Positions 42,035 to 52,340 of a stretch of DNA of 64,000 bases are shown here, piece by piece; position 1 is the stretch's first letter; every line of letters starts with the position of its first letter. Source of the stretch: Andalucia godoyi And28 (Eukaryota; Protista; Jakobida). Made by a program: the position numbers and the translations under genes. The stretch lies in NCBI GenBank assembly GCA_009859145.1, contig VRVR01000043.1:184392-248391 (forward strand). The letters run 5' to 3'. The notes under the pieces are model-generated. The model was not told the origin of the DNA, made no database searches, and was given only the letters and a program-made list of their open reading frames with translations.

Positions 42035-43849
42035 TTATTGGGCGGCGCACCACAGCTCGTAGAGAATGCGACATTCGCGCTCTCGGACAAGCTGTGCAGC
42101 GTACTTTTGCCACAACAGCGCATGGCTGGCAGCAATCGGCGCGTCTATGGACCGGCGCTGTTGCTGTTGTTCCTTGATCCACTCGGGCGATGCGAGCATG
42201 TCTTCGAATGGTTGCTGGCGGATTTCAGAGAGTGAAAAGACAAGGTGGTCGGGAACCGTTTCATATTCAACAAGGCGCGAAACACACAATTGTGCAATCG
42301 TTCTCTGCACAAGCCCGCGGATCGACAATCGTCTCGAGGCTTCGTCTCCAAACATTTCGGAATACATCAAGACAAGTATCCGAATCACGCTTGCACAGCT
42401 GTTTCCAGATATCTCCATTTCCATTACTCCTTCTCCTGCCCACTCCTCTTCTCCGTCTTCTTCGTCTTCTCCCTCATCACTGTCACCGTGATCATGACCA
42501 TGGTTGGCCGGTGGAGAAGAGAGAACGGAATCGTCGCCGTCGAGAAACTTCTTCAAGACGAGGTGGTCTGCAAGGACGAATTCGCAGGGTGCAGCAGGAT
42601 CCCAGTCCGCACACTCGCTGTTGTGCACCGCCTTTGTGTTCCAAACATGGGCAACCAACTTGGAAATGGCATCGCCATCCTGCTTCTGGTGCTGTTGCTT
42701 CGACTGGCTGTGACGCATGAACGACTTGTATTCAGCAGTAATCTGCAGAATGCACTGCACCAGAAGCATTCGGTCGACCGTTACGGACTCGTCTTCCCAT
42801 GGATTGGAAGCATCGACGAAGCCGTACTTGCGCAGAAGCTCGCTGTTCGCCTGCCTGCCATATGTATTGAAGATCTGCTCGCCCGCATGGATGTCCTTGA
42901 TCGCCACCATTGCCACTGAATCGCGCTCCCAAAACAGCGATGCATTGTGCTTTACACTGCAATGATTCAGCAAATCCGCCAGCGGGACCATGCTCATCCG
43001 GCTGCAGCCTCGCCTCCTTTTTGCACGTCCTACGTGGTCCCAGTCCCAGTCCCTGTCATTTTCACTGTCGTGGTGATCATGCTCGGTAAAGCTGTAGGCG
43101 GCAGCCCACGACCCGATGCGCAAGTATTCCTCAAAGGATGTAAAGTCCGGGTGGAAACACTCGGGGAACAGTTCTGTGAACGGCGCAATGTTGTTTCCAT
43201 ACTGCTGCTCCATCTCTGCACATCCAAGGTTCCGCCCCACAGATGTCATTCCAAGCATGCTTGCGCGCTCGTCCTTGTTCCAATAGATCGGGAACCTCTC
43301 GTATCCTGGCGGCATTGGCGGTGGTACTGACATCTCGTGTGCATGAGCTTCGCGTTCATTCCTCGGTCTTCTTTTCGGCTTCGGCAACACCGATGCAAAT
43401 GCATCCAGATACGGCTTCCAATGCGAATTCTCTCGCTTCGAGGTCTCATGCATCACCCCAAGACACAATCTCGCCCAATCATTCGACCGGAAATCCTGCA
43501 TGACGTGCCTGTGCGTCGAGCTCCGAGATCGCTGGAAACACATACACCGAACCTCCAGACCACTCGTCCGAGAATTCAAAAATGCCGTCCGCGGAACCGA
43601 AAACAGCACTGTGCCGCGACGAAGCACTCCATCACTTGCGCTGCCAGTGGTACCCATCTTGCAATAAAGTCCCCACTGACTCCCGTCCGATCCGCCATGC
43701 GAGATCACGACTGCAGGATGTGTCTGTACTCCGCGTGAGAACAGCCACGACGAAAACTCCCGCATAACTGCCGTACTGCGAGCACCATCATTGTTGCTGC
43801 TATTCTCAATCACCGCGAGCGGTGCACGTGATGCAACTGCTGGATCCAT
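42035..43849 (-). CDS. SETD6: SET-domain protein-lysine methyltransferase, SETD6/Rubisco-LSMT class
   Basis: MVPLADLLNH...HNA...MVAIKDIHAGEQIFNTYG..ANSELLRKYGFVD parallels SETD6. Also F..WL...GV and VLFSVPR...L, S.WKPYL motifs. Confidence 0.82.
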   Translation of the reverse strand: MDPAVASRAPLAVIENSSNNDGARSTAVMREFSSWLFSRGVQTHPAVVISHGGSDGSQWGLYCKMGTTGSASDGVLRRGTVLFSVPRTAFLNSRTSGLEVRCMCFQRSRSSTHRHVMQDFRSNDWARLCLGVMHETSKRENSHWKPYLDAFASVLPKPKRRPRNEREAHAHEMSVPPPMPPGYERFPIYWNKDERASMLGMTSVGRNLGCAEMEQQYGNNIAPFTELFPECFHPDFTSFEEYLRIGSWAAAYSFTEHDHHDSENDRDWDWDHVGRAKRRRGCSRMSMVPLADLLNHCSVKHNASLFWERDSVAMVAIKDIHAGEQIFNTYGRQANSELLRKYGFVDASNPWEDESVTVDRMLLVQCILQITAEYKSFMRHSQSKQQHQKQDGDAISKLVAHVWNTKAVHNSECADWDPAAPCEFVLADHLVLKKFLDGDDSVLSSPPANHGHDHGDSDEGEDEEDGEEEWAGEGVMEMEISGNSCASVIRILVLMYSEMFGDEASRRLSIRGLVQRTIAQLCVSRLVEYETVPDHLVFSLSEIRQQPFEDMLASPEWIKEQQQQRRSIDAPIAASHALLWQKYAAQLVRERECRILYELWCAAQ

Positions 43850-43963
43850 TTTCCATTTCCCAGCGGTAGTCAGCCTTGCAATACAAAAGACAGCACCGGA
43901 GGAAAAAACCGAAAAGAAGAAAGAAAACTAGCCTTTTTTAAATAAAAAATAAAAAATTAATAC

Positions 43964-43998
<35 letters not shown>

Positions 43999-44273
43999 AA
44001 TAATAATTATAATTATAATATCAAAAGGAACAGAGAAAGCACCCGGTCTTCACGCTTGAGACTTGAGACATGATCCGCTTGAGACTTGGACAACACTTTT
44101 ACGAAGCACTCCCGAAAAATCAAATATGAAATAACAATCACGACAAAACGAAACAAAAAACAGAATAGAATAGAATAGAAAATAAAACAAAAATACGAAA
44201 AAAGAATGCGCAGTTGGTGGCGACACCAGGTAGACGGAGGCATCACTACCAGACACCACACGATACCACATAC

Positions 44274-46046
44274 TTAGCAACCGATTGGGAGTTTCTCGTA
44301 CTTTGTGGGCATGGCAGCGCATCGCTCGTTCATGTGCGGATACGGTCTCTCGGACGCAAAGCCGTCTTCTTCGAGATTGAACCAGTACTTGCCCATGATC
44401 TGGCAGTACCTGTATCCCATCTTGTCGTTTCCGGCACGAGTGCAGGCTGCAGGCTGTTTCCAATTGGTGTCAAAGATGTTGAGCTGGTAGACATCTCGAG
44501 GGACAAACTCGGTAGCCTGGAGCTCGATTCCCGGGAAGAGCCCAGCCTCGATGTACATGCGCATGACAAACACGTCGCAGACATACGAAGGACCGTCGGG
44601 GTATCTCCACTCATCCAGCTCGGGAGCGCGCATCACGTCCATAAAGGCGACTCCGGCCTTCTCCATCTCGGCGTACACACACTCAATCGACGAGCATGCG
44701 CCACTCATGTTGAAGTATGCCTCCAGACGCTTGTTGATGCCCATCGTGAAAATCGAGGTGATGTTGTCGTGCATCAGACGGTCCGCAATCGGCAGCGCAA
44801 CCATCAGCAGCTGTGCCGACAGTGGCGGCGGAAGATTCGAGTCGGCAGTGTCCAGCCATCCAAACACAAAGTTGTGGTATCCATACGGCGTGTTCGTCAT
44901 CGTCAGCGAGCGAATCCACTGTGCAAGATGCGTCTGCGCAGCCGGGGAGGTAAACTGCTGCAGATTCGACGGCGAAAGCGGAGCCATCGCCACCAGGAAC
45001 TGGGCCTTCAGCGCTTCCTTCACCCAGTCGTCATACAGACGGCATCCAATGCCGTAGGGCGGCGGGAAGTATACCGGTCCAAACGGGTTCTTGTCCGTCG
45101 ACTCGCACACGTACAGCGTCTGCGGATCCTCGTTCTTGTCCATGTACGGGCCCTTTCCGTCGGCAAAGCGGACTGCAACAGCCGTGTGGCCTGCGCGCGA
45201 GCCAGTTCCAAAGATCACCATAGGATCCAATCCATCCAGGCGCGTGATTGCCAGGTAGGTGCCGGACGGGACATCTGCGGCCGCAGGGGCAAACGGATCC
45301 ATTGACGCAAGATCACGTGGGGCAAACGTAATGTTTGCCTGGTCATGCAAAAACGCCACATTGTCCTCTGCCATGTGGTGAGCAGACAGGAACAGCTGCA
45401 GTGTATCATACAGCGCCTTGATCTCTCCGAGCGTCGACAGCTCAATTGAAAAGATCCGCAGACCCGCAAGCGTCAGATCTGCCGCCTCGGCCGCAGAAAA
45501 CGGCGCGGTCAGCGTCACCTTGTGTGTGCCGCGTGTTGCAAACGAGTGCAAAAAGAACCGCTCGGCAGTCGCAAACAGCAGCGTCTCATGGCACAGCAGC
45601 GACTTTGGAGCCGACAGCGTCAGACTCAGCGTTGCCGCCGTCGCGCCCAGTGACGCCGAGGACGAGGCGAGAGGAGAAAGCGTGGCAGAATTGTCGGTAA
45701 AGCACCGCCCAGTGGTGAACTTGACCGTGGGGCCGCCGGGAAGCGGGCTCGCAGCAAAGAGCGGCACAAACTCAAAGTCGTCCGTCTTGAGCGCAGTGGA
45801 CGGCGTGTACGTTGATGCCAGAAGCGCAGACCACTCGGGAAGCGTCAAGGGCCGCGCAACGGACGGGTTCGACAGAACGACAGCGGAAGACTCCGGCTGT
45901 GTGTATGCCGCGCCGAAGATCGTCGGCATGTGGGTCCATCCATTCGCCACGAGCGACGCATGGTCCGACCCAGAATCCACTGACGAGGCACAAGCCAGAG
46001 CCAGTACCGCAGCGCACAACACTGCAATCCCAAACACTGTCCGCAT
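44274..46046 (-). CDS. Secreted conserved protein of the plant/protist At1g70160/At4g27020-like family; probable permuted papain-like (NlpC/P60, YiiX/C92-type) fold
   Basis: Signal peptide MRTVFGIAVLCAAVLALACA. Motifs SGTYLAITR.DG.D..., AGHTAV, PYGYHNFVFGWLDT..NLPPPL, YPDGPSYVCDVFV..Y..AGLF, EFVPRDVY, CQIMGKY, PY.HMNE.C...P..Y. Confidence 0.8.
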   Translation of the reverse strand: MRTVFGIAVLCAAVLALACASSVDSGSDHASLVANGWTHMPTIFGAAYTQPESSAVVLSNPSVARPLTLPEWSALLASTYTPSTALKTDDFEFVPLFAASPLPGGPTVKFTTGRCFTDNSATLSPLASSSASLGATAATLSLTLSAPKSLLCHETLLFATAERFFLHSFATRGTHKVTLTAPFSAAEAADLTLAGLRIFSIELSTLGEIKALYDTLQLFLSAHHMAEDNVAFLHDQANITFAPRDLASMDPFAPAAADVPSGTYLAITRLDGLDPMVIFGTGSRAGHTAVAVRFADGKGPYMDKNEDPQTLYVCESTDKNPFGPVYFPPPYGIGCRLYDDWVKEALKAQFLVAMAPLSPSNLQQFTSPAAQTHLAQWIRSLTMTNTPYGYHNFVFGWLDTADSNLPPPLSAQLLMVALPIADRLMHDNITSIFTMGINKRLEAYFNMSGACSSIECVYAEMEKAGVAFMDVMRAPELDEWRYPDGPSYVCDVFVMRMYIEAGLFPGIELQATEFVPRDVYQLNIFDTNWKQPAACTRAGNDKMGYRYCQIMGKYWFNLEEDGFASERPYPHMNERCAAMPTKYEKLPIGC

Positions 46047-46562
46047 GATTCACAGACCTTCTTTTTCCCTCTTTTGTTGAATTTAAAAAGGGCGAAGGAT
46101 TATTAATTAATTAAAAATGAACAGCAACAAAAACAACAACAACAAAAACAAAAACAAAAACAAAAACAAGAAACGAGAATTAAAATTAAAGAAAGAATAG
46201 AGGAGAAAGGGAAAAGGAAATACAAGAAAAAGGGGGAAAACAACCAGCAGCGGAGACACGGACATTGGGGCCAAAAGGGGTTTAAAAAGGCGGAGCGGAC
46301 TGAGTGTTGGGTTTTCCCCCACTCGACAGTTGAGACTTTCGACTCGAGCTGTCCAGCGGGGAATTCCAGTGTTTGATGGATTTGGGTTTCGATAAAGCGA
46401 CTGTAGTATAGATTGTTGCAAAAGCCGCGCAATTTTTTTCCCGCGAGATTTTTTCCGGGCTGGAATTTGCAATTCTTTTCAAATCGCATTTTCTCTTGCA
46501 CTGAAACATAGAGAGGGGAGAGAGAGGAGAGAGGGGAGAGAGGGGAGAGAGATTGATGAAAG

Positions 46563-47693
46563 ATGGAAGACGAGTTAATGTCGTTTTTATGCGACAGCGA
46601 GCGGGGATCGGCGGTTATGGAGCGATCCAAGTCTCAGTTTCTGCACCCGACTTCGAACAGGCTGTTGTGCGATGCGTATCCAAGCGGCGTTCCAGCGGGT
46701 GCTGTGCTTGAGATGTACGGCAATGTGGACTGTCCGTTGCTTGATACTGCCTATCAGCTGATTGCTTCGTGCGTGATGCCGCGGACGGTGCGCGTGCAGA
46801 CCGGCGGGAGTGCGACGGCGTATGCGCTGGACATCCAGGGCGCACAGTCGCGATGCACCGTGATTGATACGGACGCGGAGTTCAATGTGTTCCGCTGCAT
46901 TTCGATCATGACTGCGGACCTGCACAGGAGAATCGAGCAGCATTCCATGCACCATCCGCAGCTGGCGCATGCAGACGAGCTGACGCTGCTGGATGATGAC
47001 TACGACAGTGCGGTCAAGGCGTGCTTGTCGCGCATCACGATCCACCGCGCGGGGCGGCCAGAGGATCTGCTGGTCTTGCTGCGGACTCTGTCCTCCACGG
47101 CGTTTGCTTCCACGCGGCTCCTTTGCATTTGCCCCCTCATGTCGGCTAACATCCAGGAAGCAGCAGGCGCGCCCAGCGGCCAGACAATCGCAAGTGCGTC
47201 CGCTGCGGCGCATGGTGAACAGGAATTGTACACGCTTGCGTGCATTGCCAGAACAGTCCGCGAGCTCATGAAGAGGTATCGGTTTTCCATCGTCGCCGTC
47301 AAGCGAGCGTACCATGTGCTGTCCTCCCAGATTCTGACGCTCGGTCCAAACGTCGGCCAGTTTGGGCATCGCGAGACAGCTTCCTCGGACTGGGGCTCGC
47401 TGGTGTCCATGCGCATCTTCTTCAGCAAAAGCATCCTTGCTCCTCCGCAAGATCTTGTGTCGCAGCAGCACGATGGCAGCCCCGTCGTCCCTCTCGGGTG
47501 GGTGGCGCGAGTGCAGGTCCTCGCTCCAAACAGCACTCGCTCCACGCACACAGCAGCTGGATCACGGCAAAATTTACAAGTATCGGATTCAACGGATGCC
47601 ATTGCGTCTGCCATACCCTCCGGTACCAGGTATTATATTACATATTTGACCTCCTTTGACCACGGACCCATGTACATAAAATGGACATTGTAA
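46563..47693 (+). CDS. XRCC2: RAD51 paralogue, XRCC2-like, with degenerate Walker A
   Basis: GAVLEMYG...AYQLIASCVMP...G....VIDTDAEFNVFRCISIM parallels XRCC2 GDILEFHG...LYHLTARCILP...GG....FIDTDYHFDMLRLVTIL. Confidence 0.75.
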   Translation: MEDELMSFLCDSERGSAVMERSKSQFLHPTSNRLLCDAYPSGVPAGAVLEMYGNVDCPLLDTAYQLIASCVMPRTVRVQTGGSATAYALDIQGAQSRCTVIDTDAEFNVFRCISIMTADLHRRIEQHSMHHPQLAHADELTLLDDDYDSAVKACLSRITIHRAGRPEDLLVLLRTLSSTAFASTRLLCICPLMSANIQEAAGAPSGQTIASASAAAHGEQELYTLACIARTVRELMKRYRFSIVAVKRAYHVLSSQILTLGPNVGQFGHRETASSDWGSLVSMRIFFSKSILAPPQDLVSQQHDGSPVVPLGWVARVQVLAPNSTRSTHTAAGSRQNLQVSDSTDAIASAIPSGTRYYITYLTSFDHGPMYIKWTL

Positions 47694-47776
47694 GACGCAC
47701 GCGTGGTTCATGATGAAAAATTAATTAATTAATTAATTAAAAAAATAAAATAAAAAGAAGAAGAAGAAGAAGAAGC

Positions 47777-47817
<41 letters not shown>

Positions 47818-47955
47818 AATAAATAATGAACCAAAAAAACCCTACAACATCGGCCGGACGCGGCAACCACTTGCGCTCCACATCGAGGTTTGCGAGAGCA
47901 GGGAAGAGTCGGGAATGCACAGTGATCAGTTACGGGACTTCTCTGAAGCAAAGTG

Positions 47956-49944
47956 CTACTTGTGGCGCAGCTTCAACAAATACTTGATCTTCGACACGAT
48001 TTCCATCGCGGTTCGTTTGCTCGTGACGATGTAGTTCAGTACTTCTCGTCCAGACGCCGATTTTGGATCCCGAAACAGAATAGAGAACGAAAACTCCGAA
48101 GGCGGTTCTTCGAGATAGGCGTCCATGATGTCGACCACAGGGCGCAGCGGATGCTTTGTCTTTGACTGTTTTGCCTCCTGTCCCTTGGGCACCATGTTGT
48201 ACAGGTTATCACGATCGATTCCAAGGCGGCGTTCCTGGTGCTGACCGTACTTGTTCACCTTGACAACACGATACTCGGAATATTGGGAAGCAGTGAACTC
48301 GGAGAAAAAGAAGTCCATATCAAAAGGCGTGTCTTCTGGGATGGCGGCTCCAGGCTGCGAGCCGACAAAAGAGTGTCGGCTGACCCCGGCAGGGGCTCCG
48401 CTTGACAGCGATGTCCCTTCGAGCACAACCGATCGAGTGGACAGGACACCCATTGTCACTTCCAGCTTCGGGCCAGTCGGTTCAATGCTCTGACCGGAAA
48501 TGGGATCCGTAACCTTGAGCAAATAACGGTGTCCGTCATTCTCCAAACCGAGCTTCGTCACGAGCACGTCTCTCAAATCCTTCAGCATCAAATCCGGCGA
48601 AACATACACGTTGCGAAGTCTGTCTGGCAGAATCGAGACTTGGACAAGCACGTCTTCGAGTCTCTTATAAATAGGCCTGGCCAGCAACTCCGCAGACGCT
48701 TCCAGCGCATCCGCAGGATTTCTCTTTGTGCTCCCCGCGTTTCCCCCGTGACCATTCGATGTCCCGTTTGGCACACCCGCAGTTCCCGACGAGAAGTTTG
48801 CAGCCCGCACGCTCGGTTCCGAAGCCGCAGCGTCTGCAGCTGGTCGAGCGGACCTGGGAGCCGTGACCAGGGTCTGCTGGGTGTTTCGATTCACGCCTGC
48901 TCCATCGATGTTTGCTACGCTGGCACGTCGCATATTCACATTTTCCGAAATGCACAGAGTAAACATATCGAAGCCAACCTTTTGCACTAATCGCGCATAG
49001 TCCAGTGCCGGGAGATCTTCATCTGCACATCCGTCGTCGTCTGCAATTCGGAGAACATAGTAATGGACGTCGTTTGAAGGCAGCGCTTGCATTCCTCCCG
49101 ACGATCGGACGGCTGCAAGCGTAAGTCGAATAGACTGTTCGACGGTCGCCGTTTCCGGGATCTTCACACGAAACTTTTGTCCATTCAAGAATGCCAGAAA
49201 CACCGTAATGGGAAACAGTCGTCCCGTCAAGTTGATCACATCGCCTTGCAAATGCGATGTCAATTGGGACACACGGGCGGGACGATTCGCATCGACGGGA
49301 GGAACTGCAACACGCTCAAATACAATCTTTGAACCGTCCAGATTCCCGCTTGCGCCATTCGAGCCATTCTGCGCCCCACTGGCGTTCTGATGCGTGAGTT
49401 GCGCATGCATCGGCGGTGCAGCCTGCTGCTGTTGCAGCTGCAATTGTGGTTGTGGTTGTGGTTGTGCAGCGTCCAGCATTCCGCCTGGATTGTTGGCATT
49501 CATGTTTGCCGCATGATTACTCGCAAGAGTCAATGGCCTCGCAATCCTCGGTCTTCTTCCATGTCCGCGCGCTCCATAGAAGTGAATCCTGCCGTCTCGT
49601 TCGCGGTCACCTCGCGGAGCCACATTCGGCGCGGCCTGCGCTTGCTGGACCGTGTGATGATGACTATGATGGTGCTGGGACTGGGACTGGGACTGGGACT
49701 GGCCGGACTGACTGGACTGACTGGACTCCGGATACGAAATGTTTGCATGGACTCTTCGTTCCGTGTCTGCGACTGTCTTTGCCCGCTTCAACTGCGCCAG
49801 GTGAGATGCAGAAAACGCTCGTTTGGACGCAGACTTGTCGCATTCGGCGCGAAAATCGTCGTATTCTGCAGCAGAAACCACGTCTGGCGGGGATTCGGCC
49901 GGTTGCACAGACCTCAGAGGCGGAGGCGGATTGTGACAAAACAT
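47956..49944 (-). CDS. SIN1: TORC2 subunit SIN1/Avo1/MAPKAP1 (CRIM, Ras-binding ubiquitin-like, PH)
   Basis: CRIM (TVEQSIRLTL...YVLRIADDDGCADEDLPALD...V.K.GFD.F.L) and C-terminal PH (YSEYRVVKVNKYGQHQERRLGIDRD..YN...EIVSKIKYL). A short upstream exon near 50145-50175 is possible but unproven. Confidence 0.9.
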   Translation of the reverse strand: MFCHNPPPPLRSVQPAESPPDVVSAAEYDDFRAECDKSASKRAFSASHLAQLKRAKTVADTERRVHANISYPESSQSSQSGQSQSQSQSQHHHSHHHTVQQAQAAPNVAPRGDRERDGRIHFYGARGHGRRPRIARPLTLASNHAANMNANNPGGMLDAAQPQPQPQLQLQQQQAAPPMHAQLTHQNASGAQNGSNGASGNLDGSKIVFERVAVPPVDANRPARVSQLTSHLQGDVINLTGRLFPITVFLAFLNGQKFRVKIPETATVEQSIRLTLAAVRSSGGMQALPSNDVHYYVLRIADDDGCADEDLPALDYARLVQKVGFDMFTLCISENVNMRRASVANIDGAGVNRNTQQTLVTAPRSARPAADAAASEPSVRAANFSSGTAGVPNGTSNGHGGNAGSTKRNPADALEASAELLARPIYKRLEDVLVQVSILPDRLRNVYVSPDLMLKDLRDVLVTKLGLENDGHRYLLKVTDPISGQSIEPTGPKLEVTMGVLSTRSVVLEGTSLSSGAPAGVSRHSFVGSQPGAAIPEDTPFDMDFFFSEFTASQYSEYRVVKVNKYGQHQERRLGIDRDNLYNMVPKGQEAKQSKTKHPLRPVVDIMDAYLEEPPSEFSFSILFRDPKSASGREVLNYIVTSKRTAMEIVSKIKYLLKLRHK

Positions 49945-50271
49945 TCTCCAACAAATGAAGAAACGAAGAAGAAAAATGATATATATATATATGTATATTA
50001 ATAAATCAGTAAAAATTTAAAAAAACAGAAAACGGAGACACAAGGTGTGCCTGAAAAAGCAAGTGGGAAAGGGGCAGGATGGATGATGATGGGGAAAAAA
50101 AAATGCGTGTGAAACCATTAACAGTGAAACAAAGGCTGACAAAACGGATGCGTACGTTGATCGGAGATTCGAGGCGATTGACATTTGTCGAATTGCAGCT
50201 GCATTGCCTGCTGTAGTGTGCTCGTTTTTTCCTTTCGTTTTTATTGGTCATTGGTTAAGCTGTCACCGAAA

Positions 50272-50511
50272 GACAGAGCCAAGCCACGTGTTTTTATTAA
50301 TTGGGGAGGGGGAGGGGGAAGGGGAGGGGGAAGGGGAGGGGGTGGGTTGAACACCAGCTCTTCAATGCAGATTGCTCTGCATCAAAGGGGCACCGCTTCT
50401 TCTTCTTGCTCTCGGCCTCCGACGAGAGGGTCGGGCATGGCCGGTTTGGGTTTGCTGGGAAGATCCCTCTTTGGGACCATGCGATGTTTTGTCTGCTTGA
50501 GGGTTTGATTA
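50272..50511. repeat. Dispersed element, copy 2 (carries a G-rich/hairpin insert of ~90 nt)
   Basis: See copy 1; both copies have the same orientation. Confidence 0.9.
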
Positions 50512-50717
50512 TTAAAAAACAAACTAACAGAAAATAATAGAAAGAGTAAAAAAGTGAAGACTGAAGAATGAAGAAATACTGGGACTTTGACTACGGTAAG
50601 AATTCGCGTCCCCATATAGGTTTTAGAAATAAACACACTTCCGGTTTAATGTTGCTTGTTTGATGTTCATTGTTGATACACAAAGCTGTCAACCGTCGGA
50701 CTGTAGAGGACCGGGGG

Positions 50718-51944
50718 ATGTCCAGTGCAAACGAGCTGCCATGCAGACGGCCCATGTCCGGGAGACAGATGGTTTGCATGACTTGGGCCGCGCCCGCATC
50801 ATTGACGGCGATGGATACGGCGCAGAGTACGACGGTTGGAAAGACGATGCGGATCGTGTCGTACAATATCCTTGCACAGAGCCTTGTGAAACACGGCCCG
50901 TTCCAGCACGTTAGGCACCACTTACGGGCGTTGAAACACCGGGTTGCGAGCCTCGTGTCGGAACTGTCAAGCTACGACGCGGACGTTCTATGCTTGCAGG
51001 AAGACGACATGTCTGACTCCATGTCGCGCTTGCTGTCGTGCGTGGACACCGGCAGCGGGACGTCTCGGTCGTATACGATCGTCAATTCCCACCGGCCTCG
51101 CAAGGCGGACGGCTGCTCTATATACTATGACGACACTCGGTTTTCGCTTGCTTCTGCCTTTTCGCTGTCCTTTGACATGATTGCGCCGTACGTTGTCCAA
51201 GCCTGCCGGCCAAAGTACATCCGACATAACATCGGGCTTGGCGTGGTGCTCAAGGAGGAAGCATCAGGGTGCCTCATGCTGGTTGCCAACTGCCATATCC
51301 AATGGAGCCCGGCTTTGACAGAGGTGAAGCTTGCGCAGGTTGTGTGGATGGCCACTGTGGTCCAGCAGCTGGCAAACGAAGTGTACCACTGCCCCGTTCT
51401 CTGGGCCGGCGATTTCAACTCCCTGCCCAATTCATCCGTCTACTCATTCCTTGCTTCGTCGGGCGTTTCTTTGCGCGGTTTCCCGGAATTTGAAAAGTAC
51501 CTGTCTCTTGATTTTGCCATCGAGCACCGGGCTTTGCATGCTGCTGAAGCACCGTTCCTTCCACACCCTCCTTTTGCTGCAGACATACGCTCCGTTGGGC
51601 TGCGGTCTGCAATGTCTGCATACCGCACTGTTTCCAGCCCTTTGCTGCTTCCGCAGTCCCGCTCGAATCTGCCTCCGCGCTACCACATGAACCACATTCT
51701 ATCTCGGGAAACTGCAGCCAAGGAGCATGCGCGTTTGGGGGATAACGAGCCAGAATATACAAACTTCTCGTCGGACTTTGTGGGAACGCTCGACTACATC
51801 TGGGTCAGTCCCGCAAACGTTTCGGTGTGCGCGGTTGCCGAGTTGCTGCCTGAAGCATTCATCAAACTGCACACTGCATTGCCTTTACCACAGTTCTCCT
51901 CGGATCATCTTGCTTTGGTGGCGGACGTGCGTATCCACTGGTGA
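50718..51944 (+). CDS. EEP-superfamily nuclease/phosphatase of the CCR4/Angel/nocturnin group, no LRR
   Basis: SYNILAQ, LCLQE, DGCSIYY, NCHIQW, GDFNSLP, GTLDYIW and SDHLAL motifs are intact. First ATG is at 50718. Confidence 0.88.
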   Translation: MSSANELPCRRPMSGRQMVCMTWAAPASLTAMDTAQSTTVGKTMRIVSYNILAQSLVKHGPFQHVRHHLRALKHRVASLVSELSSYDADVLCLQEDDMSDSMSRLLSCVDTGSGTSRSYTIVNSHRPRKADGCSIYYDDTRFSLASAFSLSFDMIAPYVVQACRPKYIRHNIGLGVVLKEEASGCLMLVANCHIQWSPALTEVKLAQVVWMATVVQQLANEVYHCPVLWAGDFNSLPNSSVYSFLASSGVSLRGFPEFEKYLSLDFAIEHRALHAAEAPFLPHPPFAADIRSVGLRSAMSAYRTVSSPLLLPQSRSNLPPRYHMNHILSRETAAKEHARLGDNEPEYTNFSSDFVGTLDYIWVSPANVSVCAVAELLPEAFIKLHTALPLPQFSSDHLALVADVRIHW

Positions 51945-52340
51945 GAAATTCGAGAGGACACCGTCTTTCAGAACGGCGTTTTCTCTCCTTATTTTGGTGC
52001 TGTTTTTCGTTTCGGCGTTTCAACTGATTATCAAGGTGGTTGCGCGAGAGATTTCGATTGTACGAGTAAAATAGAACACGACACTACCAAATCAAAGAAG
52101 AAAAAACCGTGGCATCAGAATTATGTACATCAACGCTGCAATGATGCAAGTCAAACAATAGCATCAGAGATTGGAGCGGGATTTTCGTCGTCGTCGTCTT
52201 TTTTCTTTTTTTTTTCTTCCCCTTCTTTCTTTTCTTTTTTTCTTCCCCTTCTTGTGTAGAATGTGTTTCCGTTTCCCACCACCCACCACCACGCAATAGG
52301 CCCCGAGCAGCCCGTGCTCACGCCGGCAAGATCACACAGT

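Noticed and set aside
43489-43545. Possible 57-nt in-frame intron in the SET gene (GAG|GTTCGG...ATGCAG|GAT)
   Set aside because: The donor differs from the GTATGT seen elsewhere, the frame is open, and alignment to SETD6 by eye does not favour removal.
50430-50482. Resemblance to HDV ribozyme (GCATGGTCCC) or U6 snRNA (GCATGGCC)
   Set aside because: Only 8-10 nt matches. I could not build the HDV nested pseudoknot or find the U6 ACAGAGA/AGC arrangement.
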